NCBI GenBank assembly: GCA_964442255.1
Contig: CAYTYC010000008.1
Span: 1-53,972, forward strand
Source of the DNA: an uncultured archaeon
Lineage (GTDB): Archaea; Iainarchaeota; Iainarchaeia; Iainarchaeales; 1-14-0-10-31-34
Reading direction: 5' to 3'
DNA length: 53,972 nt
Shown one piece after another: positions 1 through 8,528 of the stretch. The translations under genes were made by a program, and so were the position numbers. Numbering within the stretch: position 1 is the stretch's first letter; each line of letters begins with the position of its first letter. A model generated the notes under the pieces. That model made no database searches, had not been told where the DNA came from, and saw nothing but the letters and a program-made list of their open reading frames with translations.

Positions 1-1
1 T

Positions 2-55
2 AAAGTCCGCATAACCGGGGCAGAGCCCACTTACCTTTTCGGGGAACTAATTTAG
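2..55 (+). CDS. 3' end of a gene running in from outside the window; TRAM-domain-like C-terminus (possibly MiaB/MtaB-type tRNA methylthiotransferase)
   Basis: Hand translation from base 2: KVRITGAEPTYLFGELI*, typical of the end of a TRAM domain. Confidence 0.5.
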   Translation, partial: KVRITGAEPTYLFGELI

Positions 56-58
56 GGT

Positions 59-844
59 TTATTTTTCCGCGACAATTATCATGTCCTCTGATTTTTCAGT
101 GTAGGGTTCAGTGCTCCAGTAGCCGTAAGCGGCCGTATTTTTGAATCCGGTGTTTTTGCATAATTCAATGAATTCTTCTTTTGAGTAAACCCTCATTGAA
201 TAGTTTTTCTTTGTTTTTTTTCCGTCTTTTTTTAGGATGGTCCAACTGCCATTCATTCTCTTGTTTTCCGGGCTGTAGCTTTCAACTATTGTCAATTTGT
301 TTCCGGATTTTAGGTGGCGGATTTCCTCGAACTTGTGTTTTCCTTTCAAGACCCTTTGGAGGTTTACGTCGGTGTGAAAAAGAAATTTCCCGCCTTTTTT
401 CAGAGAACGGAAAATGTTTTCCAGCGCCTTGAAGTTTTCAGAGTCTTTATCAAAAAAGCCGAATGAGTAAAACAGGTTAATGCATGCGTCGAATTCTTCT
501 TTGTATTTCAGCTTAAGCATGTTCTCTTTTTTCCATTCAACTTTAACGCCTTTTTCTTTTGCATCGTTTTTTGCTTTTTTCAGGTGAACCGGGTTTAGGT
601 CCACACCGGTAACCTTGAAGCCTTTTTTCGCCAGTGCGATTGCGTGCCTGCCATAGCCACACGGCACATCAAGGATTTTTTGGCCTTTTTTGAGTTTAAG
701 AATGGAAATTGCCCCTTCAACTTCTTTTTGTGTCCGTTCCTCCAGTGTTTGAGGTAAACTTTGATATCCTTCCAGGGAGTTGTCCCCTTCCAGGTAGAAT
801 CCCCCAAAGAAGCCGTTTTTGTCTTCCCACCATTTTTTTCCCAT
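59..844 (-). CDS. Class I SAM-dependent methyltransferase
   Basis: Motif I ILDVPCGYGRH, VTGVDL, FDACINLFYSFG, LKKGGKFL; start taken as ATG 844 (MGKKWW) to avoid overlap with the divergent gene. Confidence 0.9.
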   Translation of the reverse strand: MGKKWWEDKNGFFGGFYLEGDNSLEGYQSLPQTLEERTQKEVEGAISILKLKKGQKILDVPCGYGRHAIALAKKGFKVTGVDLNPVHLKKAKNDAKEKGVKVEWKKENMLKLKYKEEFDACINLFYSFGFFDKDSENFKALENIFRSLKKGGKFLFHTDVNLQRVLKGKHKFEEIRHLKSGNKLTIVESYSPENKRMNGSWTILKKDGKKTKKNYSMRVYSKEEFIELCKNTGFKNTAAYGYWSTEPYTEKSEDMIIVAEK

Positions 845-928
845 AATTAGACGTAGTCCTGGGTTCTTTATATATTTTTTTCTGGCCTGAGCGAGGGGTT
901 TAAAAGAAATTAGAGGAATAATGGTTTT

Positions 929-1660
929 ATGGCGAAAGGGCTTGTCAGGAACTCGTTCAAGGAATATTTGAAGCACTTCAGGTTCAGCCTCGCTTTCGGG
1001 GTTTTGCTTGTTTTCGTGTTTTTTTTCCTTTTGTTTGAAAACGTTTACGTGACTGCCGGAACAATTTTCGCGGAATACACCTTATTGAGCGGGGCGACAG
1101 CAATGCTTGCGCTGCAGCTCTTGGCAGTGGTTGTCTTCCTTTTGTTTTACTCGATTTTTGTTTCATTCATTATCTTTAATGTCAGAAAAAACCTTTCAAA
1201 GGTGAGAATAGACTATTACTTGAGCGAAAAACTGCACAGGTTCGGCTTCGCATTGTTCGCGTTCTTCCTGTTGTTTACCTTGCTCCTTTTCCTTTTCGCC
1301 TCCATTGCCGCCTTTTTCGGCGCCCCGGTGGAGGGGATGGCAGCTGTGTTGTTCATTGTTTCTTTGTTCTTCTTTTTTGTGCCCCAGTCCATTGTCGTGG
1401 ACGAGGCGCCTGTTTTAAACTGCATAAAAAACGGGTTTGAGTTTTTTCTGCATGAGCCCGCCTCGGTTTTAAAGATTTTTGCTTTAGGCGTTGCACTGGT
1501 TGCGCTGCTTCCCTTCATTGAATTCGCGTTTGACTTCTTTCACTTTATGGGAAGGTATGTGTCCTTGCTTCTTTTGCTTGTGTTCGTGCTTCCGTTCATT
1601 GAAATCCTGAAGACCCGCGCGTACATGGGAAAGTTTGGGCTCCTGAAGCACGAGGTTTAA
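929..1660 (+). CDS. Hypothetical integral membrane protein (about 6 TM)
   Basis: 243-aa ORF with several long hydrophobic segments; TTTAAA box upstream. Confidence 0.75.
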   Translation: MAKGLVRNSFKEYLKHFRFSLAFGVLLVFVFFFLLFENVYVTAGTIFAEYTLLSGATAMLALQLLAVVVFLLFYSIFVSFIIFNVRKNLSKVRIDYYLSEKLHRFGFALFAFFLLFTLLLFLFASIAAFFGAPVEGMAAVLFIVSLFFFFVPQSIVVDEAPVLNCIKNGFEFFLHEPASVLKIFALGVALVALLPFIEFAFDFFHFMGRYVSLLLLLVFVLPFIEILKTRAYMGKFGLLKHEV

Positions 1661-1759
1661 AACAAAAAGCCAACCTCTTGCACGTGTTTTCAGGCAAAAA
1701 GCGAATTCTTTTTTTCAGAAAACAAACTTTTAAATCAACTATGCTTAGAATAATGTATT

Positions 1760-2239
1760 ATGCCTGACAGGGTGGAATTGGACAAAATTGACCACAAAAT
1801 CATTGAGCGGCTTTTGGAGGACGGCAGGACTTCTTTCAGCTCAATCGCAAAGGAAGTCAGGCTTACTGATGTCGCGATTAAAAAGCGTTTTGATTCTTTG
1901 TTCAGGAAAGGCGTGCTGAAAAAGGTGGGCGCGGACCTTAACTTAAGGGCCTTGGGCTTTGAAAACCCTGTTTTCATTCAGGTGCGGACTGAAGCGGGAA
2001 AAAACCGTGAACTGTTCAAGAAACTGGATTCAATGGATTACGTGCAGGAGTTGTACCATGTTTTGGGGGAATACAATTTGCTTGCAAAGCTGATTGTGCC
2101 GGACTTGAGTTCCGCGGAAAAAGTCATTAGCCAGATTGGGGTGATTGACGGAGTCATAGACATGAAAACGCAGGTCGTTTTAAGCGAATTAAAGAAAAGC
2201 GTTTCCCTTCCCTCCCAGTCCTTCCAGAAAAGGTTTTAA
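1760..2239 (+). CDS. Lrp/AsnC family transcriptional regulator
   Basis: LDKIDHKIIERLLEDGRTSFSSIAKEV HTH; VLGEYNLL in the C-terminal RAM domain. Confidence 0.92.
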   Translation: MPDRVELDKIDHKIIERLLEDGRTSFSSIAKEVRLTDVAIKKRFDSLFRKGVLKKVGADLNLRALGFENPVFIQVRTEAGKNRELFKKLDSMDYVQELYHVLGEYNLLAKLIVPDLSSAEKVISQIGVIDGVIDMKTQVVLSELKKSVSLPSQSFQKRF

Positions 2240-2336
2240 AAACCCCTTTCCGGGAACCCCGCCCATTTTAATGGGCGGATGAATTGTTTCCGTCAGGGAA
2301 AAAAAATTTGGGGGCTTTAACCCGCCGTAGTTTTAA
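2236..2336. repeat. Palindromic repeat family A, copy 1
   Basis: AAACCCCTTTCCGGGAACCCCGCCCATTTTAATGGGCGGATGAAT...GCTTTAACCCGCCGTAGTT, homologous to copies at 6151, 13022 and 15349; flanked by TTAA on both sides. Confidence 0.9.
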
Positions 2337-2363
2337 TGAATTTTTTTTTTCCGGCGGAAACGC

Positions 2364-3578
2364 CTAAACCGCGTTCCCTTTCTCTTTTTCCCTTTTTTCC
2401 TTCATTTCCCTTAACTGCTCTTTCACCGGCTTTTTTTCTTTTTCCTCTTTTTCAACCAAAAGGCTCATGAAAAGCAGGGAAAAAAAGATGCTTAAAATTA
2501 TTGCATAGAACACAAGCTTCACAACCACCTCTGAGCCCACTATTCCCGTCGCGAGAATCAACGGAGCCAGTGCCGCGGGGGCAATGCCTTTAGGGGAAAC
2601 CAGCCCCACAGTCAGCCTTTCCCTGAAAGTCAAGTCCGATTTGAACAGCACAATTAAAGTGGAAATCAGCCGCCCCAAAAACAGCGCCACAATTACGGCA
2701 AAAATTTCGGCACGGGTTATTGCAAGCTCCCCGAAAGTGAATTCCGCCCCCAGGAAAAGGAACACCAGCACGGTGAAAAGGAACGCCAATTCCTTGTTGA
2801 ATTCGCCGAGGGAACGCTTTCCCGGAATCTTTGAGCTTGTGAGTAGAAGGGAGCAGGTTGCGACCGCGAGGATTCCGGAGCCATATAAATTTTCCGCCAG
2901 CACATACACAAGGAGCACAATAACCAGCGCAATTATTTCCTCGTGCTTTCCTTTTGCCGCATTCAGTATTTCCTGCCCCACAAAATACCCGATCAAACCG
3001 AACAAAAAGCCCATGAAAAGCAGGACAAAAAACATCGGGACATTAAGCAATGCCAGCTCCGGGGAAAGCACCATGTCAAGGAGGAAAAGCGGGATAATTA
3101 TTGTGAGCGGCTGGTTGAAAATGCTTTCCGCCCTCAAAATGGTCAGCACCTTGCTTCTTGCCTTTTTTTCGCTTGAAGAAATCACTGCCGGGTCTGTTCC
3201 GCTCAAAAGCGCCCCAATAAATGCCGCGGCAATCACGGGAATGTACAGGAGCTGAAAGGTCGTCAGCGCGATGATGCTTGCGGTTATCAGAACGCCGAAG
3301 GTTGCAAGCCCGACAATTGTCCTTGACTCTTTCCTTATGTCCCGGAGGTTGATGTAAAACGAGGCATTGAACACGATTATAATGAGCGCAAGGGTGCGGA
3401 TGAGTTCGGGAAGCGGCTGAAGGGAATCCAGGTTAACCCAGCCGTATGTTGCCAGAAATGTTCCCGCCAAAATCAGGAGAACAATGTACGGCACACGGAT
3501 TTTGTCCCCAACCGCCTTGAGCACTATTCCCGCCACGAGCACAAGCGCAACCTGGGTCAAAATATTCATCACAGGCAT
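2364..3578 (-). CDS. CPA1 family cation:proton antiporter (NhaP-like)
   Basis: About 12 TM helices; LSGTDPAVI, ILRAESIFNQP and SPKGIAPAALA motifs; start may be 3578 or 3569. Confidence 0.88.
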   Translation of the reverse strand: MPVMNILTQVALVLVAGIVLKAVGDKIRVPYIVLLILAGTFLATYGWVNLDSLQPLPELIRTLALIIIVFNASFYINLRDIRKESRTIVGLATFGVLITASIIALTTFQLLYIPVIAAAFIGALLSGTDPAVISSSEKKARSKVLTILRAESIFNQPLTIIIPLFLLDMVLSPELALLNVPMFFVLLFMGFLFGLIGYFVGQEILNAAKGKHEEIIALVIVLLVYVLAENLYGSGILAVATCSLLLTSSKIPGKRSLGEFNKELAFLFTVLVFLFLGAEFTFGELAITRAEIFAVIVALFLGRLISTLIVLFKSDLTFRERLTVGLVSPKGIAPAALAPLILATGIVGSEVVVKLVFYAIILSIFFSLLFMSLLVEKEEKEKKPVKEQLREMKEKREKEKGNAV

Positions 3579-3637
3579 AAAAGGTGAACGCATTCACTGT
3601 TTAAATGCTTTTTGCGCCAGAAAACCTTTTAAAAAAA

Positions 3638-3741
3638 CATTGTAAACGCTTCGCGTCGTTAAAAAACATTGCGGTTTTTTGACGCGTCGGAAACCTGCAG
3701 GTTTCCAACGTTACGATGCCTCGCAAACCATTTGTTTGCAA
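3638..3741. other. Multi-hairpin palindromic element upstream of topA
   Basis: Perfect 18-bp palindrome GGAAACCTGCAGGTTTCC (3689-3706) with nested stems CGCGTC/GACGCG, AAAAAAC/GTTTTTT and CATTGTAAACG/CGTTACGATG. Confidence 0.6.
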
Positions 3742-3792
3742 GGAGTTTTAACAAAAAAGCCTAACGGCAAAAAACACCAGAGCGGGTTTGGA

Positions 3793-5862
3793 ATGAAACT
3801 GGTTGTAACCGAGAAAGCGATTGCGGGGAAGAGAATTGCCTCAATTCTGGCCGACGGCAGCGTTTCAGCTTCAGGCGAAATGCGCGCCCCGCTTTTCTCT
3901 TTCTCCAGGAAAGGCGAAGAGTTTGAGGTGGTGCCGCTGAAAGGCCACATCGTGGACGTGGATTTTCCCAAAAAGTTTTCTTACTGGGTTGGAACAGACT
4001 TAAAGAGGCTGGCTTCCACGGAAGTGGATTATGTGGGAAAAGAAAAACAGATAATTTCTTTGCTTAAAAAAAAGGCTTCAGAGGCGGATGAAATAATTGT
4101 TGCAACCGACTCTGACCGCGAAGGGGAAGCGATTGGGGTTGAGGCTTTGCGCTTCCTGACCGAAAAAAACCGGAAAATTCCGGTGAAAAGGGCGAATTTT
4201 TCCGCCATTACCCCCCAAGACATTGAGCAGGCGTTTGAAAGGCTCGGTAAAGTGGACTACCATTTCGCTGACTCCGCTGACGCGAGAAGGGAAATTGACC
4301 TGATTTGGGGCGCGGTTTTAACCCGGTTTCTTTCACTGGTTTCCGGAAGGCTTGGAAGGGAGTATTTGTCGGTTGGAAGGGTTCAGTCACCCACGTTGGC
4401 CATAATTGTGGACAGGGAAAAGGAAAGGCTGGCGTTCAATGAAAAAAAGTACTGGGAGCTGAAGGCTGAGTTTGAAAAGGACTCCAAAAGTTTTGAGGCA
4501 TTCCATAAAAAGGGAAGGTTTTGGGAGAAGGCGGAGGCCGACAAGGCGCTTGGAAAAAAGGCGGAAAAAGGAAGGGTAGTGAATGTAAGAAGGACAGAGC
4601 GCGTACTGAAAAAGCCGTTTCCGTTCAACACAACACAGTTTTTGCGCGCCGCCACCGCAATAGGGTTTTCCGCAGGGGAAGCAATGAATGTTGCGGAAGG
4701 GTTATATATGAAGGGATTCATTTCCTATCCGCGCACAGACAACTCCGTTTACCCGAAAAACCTGGATTTAAGCGAGATTTTGAATAACCTGATGCACGTG
4801 AAGGAATTTTACTCCCTGGCTGAAAAAATTTTTGCTTTAGGGGAACTGAAGCCGAGCAGGGGAAAGGAAACAAAAGACCATCCCCCGATTCACCCCGTTA
4901 CCCCGGTGCAAAAGGAAAAGCTTTCCCCAAGGGAATGGAAAATCTATGAGCTTGTTGTGAGACGGTTTTTTGCAACCCTTGCGCGGGACGCGGTGACGGA
5001 AAACCTTTCCGTTGAAATTGGCTTGAATTCAGAGCCGTATGTGGCGAAAGGGCAGCTGATAAAAGAAAAAGGGTGGAAGGAGTTCTACCCTTACTCTGTG
5101 CTCGCGGAAGTGATTCTTCCTCCGCTGAAGAAAGGCAATGAAGTTAAGCTGGTTGACCTTGAGCTGCAGGAAAAGAAAACCCAGCCCCCTGCGCGCTACT
5201 CCCAGGGAAGCTTAATCAAGTTAATGGAGCAGGTGAACCTTGGCACAAAAAGCACCAGATCCGAAATTCTAACCAAACTCTATTACAGGAAATACATTTC
5301 CGGGCTGAAAGCCCTGGAGCCGAATAAAATTGCGTTTGCGGTGATTGATTCCCTTGAAAAGTATTCCGAAAAAGTTGTGAAGCCGAAGATGACAGCCGAT
5401 TTGGAGAAGGAAATGGATTTGATTGCGGCAGGCAAGAAATCAAAGGAAGAGGTTGTAAAGGATTCAAGAAACCTTTTGCTGGAAATATTGGATGAATTGG
5501 TGAAGAACAAGGATTCAATCGGAAAAGAGTTAAGGGCGGCAATGCGCCAGGACTCCATTGCCGGGAAATGCCCTGCGCCGAACTGCGGCGGAATGCTTTT
5601 GGTGAGGATGAGCAGGAACAACAAGCGTTTTCTCGGATGCAGCAATTACCCCAAATGCACGACCACTTTTCCTTTGCCCCAAAAGGGCTCAATAACCTTT
5701 ACGGGGGAAGAATGCGAGACTTGTAAAATGCCAATGTTTAAAGTTGTGGGCCGAGGTTTCCGATATTCTATGTGCATCAATATAGATTGTGAATCAAAGA
5801 AAGATTGGAAGAAGAAAACAGAAAAAGCCAGTTCCAAACAATCAAAAGAGCCACAGTCGTAA
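3793..5862 (+). CDS. topA: DNA topoisomerase I (type IA)
   Basis: LVVTEK, ATDSDREGE (TOPRIM), SVGRVQSPTL, catalytic ISYPRTD, C-terminal Cys4 zinc ribbons; ATG at 3793. Confidence 0.97.
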   Translation: MKLVVTEKAIAGKRIASILADGSVSASGEMRAPLFSFSRKGEEFEVVPLKGHIVDVDFPKKFSYWVGTDLKRLASTEVDYVGKEKQIISLLKKKASEADEIIVATDSDREGEAIGVEALRFLTEKNRKIPVKRANFSAITPQDIEQAFERLGKVDYHFADSADARREIDLIWGAVLTRFLSLVSGRLGREYLSVGRVQSPTLAIIVDREKERLAFNEKKYWELKAEFEKDSKSFEAFHKKGRFWEKAEADKALGKKAEKGRVVNVRRTERVLKKPFPFNTTQFLRAATAIGFSAGEAMNVAEGLYMKGFISYPRTDNSVYPKNLDLSEILNNLMHVKEFYSLAEKIFALGELKPSRGKETKDHPPIHPVTPVQKEKLSPREWKIYELVVRRFFATLARDAVTENLSVEIGLNSEPYVAKGQLIKEKGWKEFYPYSVLAEVILPPLKKGNEVKLVDLELQEKKTQPPARYSQGSLIKLMEQVNLGTKSTRSEILTKLYYRKYISGLKALEPNKIAFAVIDSLEKYSEKVVKPKMTADLEKEMDLIAAGKKSKEEVVKDSRNLLLEILDELVKNKDSIGKELRAAMRQDSIAGKCPAPNCGGMLLVRMSRNNKRFLGCSNYPKCTTTFPLPQKGSITFTGEECETCKMPMFKVVGRGFRYSMCINIDCESKKDWKKKTEKASSKQSKEPQS

Positions 5863-5924
5863 GAAAAAAAATTCCTTATTGGAGGGGGTAACGGTTTCTT
5901 GCGAATACATTGGAACAGGTTTTC

Positions 5925-6464
5925 TTATTTTCTGGAACCCTTTACGATCCAACTGAGGAAAGCGTAAGCCACACAGCTTCCTTTTACAAGGTTGTGAAGG
6001 GTTAGTAGAGTTTCTTTTGGTGCCGTCATGCTCCTTGATTCTTCTATCCACCAGTCATTCCGTTTATCAAAAAAGGGCTTTAATTCTCTGAATGCATCGT
6101 CGGCTTGGTCTACTTTATCCTTTAACAGTCTAATGTTTTTGAGGTCTTCTTTAGAAACCCCTTCCGGGAATCCCGCCTGTTTCAATGCACGGATGAATCG
6201 GGGTTTTTGCAGGCCGTTTACGGGAAAAAAAAACCGGCATGCTTTAATCCGCCGCAGTTTAGAGTATTCAATCTTCCTGGTGCTTATATGCTCTTCGGGT
6301 CCGGCTGTTTTTCGGTAAAAGGATTTGAGAAGCGAAGAAAAGGCGGTTCTTTCTTTTTCTGTGTTCATTATCGGAAGGCAAGCAAGTTCCAGCGCGTGCA
6401 TCCCAACCAATCTTGAACTAGTCATTGCAGTTTCGTGCTCTTCCCTTGAACGGTGCATTCCCAT
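5925..6464 (-). CDS. Hypothetical protein containing an in-frame 108-bp repeat insertion
   Basis: 179-aa ORF reading through family A copy 2; no recognisable domain. Confidence 0.45.
   Translation of the reverse strand: MGMHRSREEHETAMTSSRLVGMHALELACLPIMNTEKERTAFSSLLKSFYRKTAGPEEHISTRKIEYSKLRRIKACRFFFPVNGLQKPRFIRALKQAGFPEGVSKEDLKNIRLLKDKVDQADDAFRELKPFFDKRNDWWIEESRSMTAPKETLLTLHNLVKGSCVAYAFLSWIVKGSRK
6151..6262. repeat. Palindromic repeat family A, copy 2 (inside a CDS)
   Basis: TTAG at 6151-6154 and 6259-6262, 108 bp apart; same sequence family as the other copies. Confidence 0.92.
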
Positions 6465-6474
6465 CGGATTAAAC

Positions 6475-6701
6475 TTAACAACCCAAAGAAATCCGCTGCC
6501 TTCAGGCAGCGGTTTGCGGATTTCTTCCCAAAAAACTTTTTAAGAAAAAGTTTCACCAAAACAAACTTTTTGAAAAAAAAAAGTTTGGCCAAAAAACTGC
6601 CTTCGGCAAGTGGCTTACGCCATGCGGCTTCGCCTTTAACGGAAAAAGACAGCCTCAACGAATTCAGGGAAACCCATTGCTTTAGCCGTGGAAGGATGTC
6701 A
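6475..6701. repeat. Composite palindromic element: family C arm plus family B, ending in an IS200/IS605-like hairpin
   Basis: 6475-6512 matches 15495-15530; 6533-6701 matches 33676-33836 (core 6599-6634 is 35/36 identical to 33739-33774); ends ...CTTTAGCCGTGGAAGGATGTCA. Confidence 0.85.
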
Positions 6702-6826
6702 TATTTTTCTGCAATGTCTTTTGCAGGCAAAGTAATTCGGTTTTCATTGTCCCCTTTTGTTTTTACCTTTGCGACTCGCTCAGCAAGCGTTCGTTTTGGG
6801 GGGGTCTTGGAACTCTGCGCATACAA
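6702..6826 (-). pseudogene. Possible 5' fragment of a gene interrupted by the composite repeat
   Basis: ORF 6422-6826 has an ATG with a TTTAAA box upstream, reads about 42 codons and then enters repeat sequence. Confidence 0.35.
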
Positions 6827-7107
6827 GATATTCGTTTCTTGGGCTTTAAAATTGTATTGAACAAGAATCAGTTTATGGGAGGAAAGGGGACCTAACTTTT
6901 TTTGTTTTTTTTACCGTTTTAACCCGGTGAGCCTATCCCCTTTCCTCTCCTTTTATTTTTTGCTTATTTTTTGTGTAGTTTATGTGTTCCCTCCTAATGC
7001 TATTTCAATAAAAGATACGGCTTCCCTTTATTTATTAATTATCCGCTTTATGCTGTCCAAAAAGTAACACTTAAATCTTTTTTGGTGCGCCATTTAAATG
7101 GTTTAAA

Positions 7108-7647
7108 ATGGCTGTGCAGATGCAAATTGATGACGAGGTGAGGCTGAAAATAATTGAGGCTTTGCTCAAAAAACGTTCCATTGTCCCGAACATCCGCCAA
7201 ATCCAGAAATACACATCTTACCATAAATCCACAATCAAAAGTTCCCTGGATTTTCTCACTGAGCAAGGCCTGCTCCATGGTTTTGGCCCGAGGATTAATT
7301 TCAGGACCTTTGGGCTAAAACTTGAGGCAATCGAACTGCTGCAAATGGATTTCAGCGAAAAAGAGCTCTTCACCAAATACGTGAAGGCAGTGGAAAAAGA
7401 CCCCCACACCTACCGCGCGTCCGCGGTAATCGGCTCCGGAAACCTGAATGTCGTTGCCCGCCATTTCTATGAGGACATTGAGTCCTTCCACGAGAACACG
7501 CAGAAAACCTATTACGAAAAAATTCCCGGCCTCTTCAAGCTAATAAGGGACAGGGAAATTTTTTACTCAACCGACCCATTGTACAAGGCGGAGTCACGGA
7601 CAAAAAGCATTATCGAAATAATAAAGAAAAAAAAGGGGTTGGAGTGA
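7108..7647 (+). CDS. Lrp/AsnC-like winged-helix regulator
   Basis: IDDEVRLKIIEALLK...IRQIQKYTSYHKSTIKSSLDFL HTH, GPRINFRTFG linker, VIGSGNLN. Confidence 0.75.
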   Translation: MAVQMQIDDEVRLKIIEALLKKRSIVPNIRQIQKYTSYHKSTIKSSLDFLTEQGLLHGFGPRINFRTFGLKLEAIELLQMDFSEKELFTKYVKAVEKDPHTYRASAVIGSGNLNVVARHFYEDIESFHENTQKTYYEKIPGLFKLIRDREIFYSTDPLYKAESRTKSIIEIIKKKKGLE

Positions 7648-8483
7648 AGCTGCAGCTTGATTTGAGGAAGTCGCTTACGGAAAACGCGAACGACTGCTTT
7701 GAAAGGGGCAAAAAGGCCAAAAAAAAGCTGAAAGGGCTGGAAAAAGCGCTGAAGGATTCGGAAAAAAAACTTTCGGAAATGGAAAAGAAAAAGGAAACCG
7801 GATTCAAGGCCGCGGAGCCTGCAAAAAAAAGGAAAAAAAAGTGGTTTGAAAAATTCCGCTGGTTTCACTCCAGTGAAGGCTTTTTGGTTTTGGGCGGAAG
7901 GGACACGCAAAGCAATGAGGAAATAGTGAAAAAGCACATGGGGAAAAGTGATTTGTATTTTCACGCGGAAATTTACGGTGCGCCGCACTGTGTGCTTAAA
8001 ACAGCGGAAAACATTATGGAAAAAAGCCCCCAAAAAAAGCCTTCGCCAAAAAAACCGGGCAAAAAAACCCTGGAAGAGGCGGCGAGATTTGCTGCCTCCT
8101 ATTCCAATGCATGGAGGGAAGGATTAAGTTCAGCGGATGTGTACTCGGTTTCCCCGGGGCAGGTAAGCAAATCCGCTCCATCCGGTGAATCCCTGGGGGC
8201 GGGGGCGTTCATGATTCACGGGAAAAGAAACTGGTTCAAAAAAACCCCCCTTGATTTGGCTGTTGGGGTGAAAGGGGAAAACATCTCGCTGCAAATAATC
8301 TGCGCCCCGATTTCCGCAGCCAAAAAACACTCCAAAATCGTCTTCAGGCTTAAGCAGGGGAAAATGAAGAAAGGCGAAGCCGCAAAGAGCCTTAAGGCGC
8401 GTCTTGAAAAAAAAACAGGGAAAACCGTGGATTTGGATGAATTGCTTTCAATGCTTCCAAACGGCGGCATTGGGATAGAATAA
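7644..8483 (+). CDS. NFACT RNA-binding domain protein (DUF814; Rqc2-like C-terminal part)
   Basis: KWFEKFRWFHSSEGFLVLGGRD, YFHAEIYGAP, QVSKSAPSGESLGAGAFMIHG. Confidence 0.9.
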   Translation: MKLQLDLRKSLTENANDCFERGKKAKKKLKGLEKALKDSEKKLSEMEKKKETGFKAAEPAKKRKKKWFEKFRWFHSSEGFLVLGGRDTQSNEEIVKKHMGKSDLYFHAEIYGAPHCVLKTAENIMEKSPQKKPSPKKPGKKTLEEAARFAASYSNAWREGLSSADVYSVSPGQVSKSAPSGESLGAGAFMIHGKRNWFKKTPLDLAVGVKGENISLQIICAPISAAKKHSKIVFRLKQGKMKKGEAAKSLKARLEKKTGKTVDLDELLSMLPNGGIGIE

Positions 8484-8528
8484 ATTTATATTAGTTTTAT
8501 CGGAGAGCCTTATTTGAGGAAAAAAAAA

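Noticed and set aside
3679..3792. N-terminal extensions given by the ORF track (also 845-976, 19514-19564, 29510-29701, 53134-53202)
   Set aside because: Family homology begins at downstream starts; the extensions overlap promoters or neighbouring genes.
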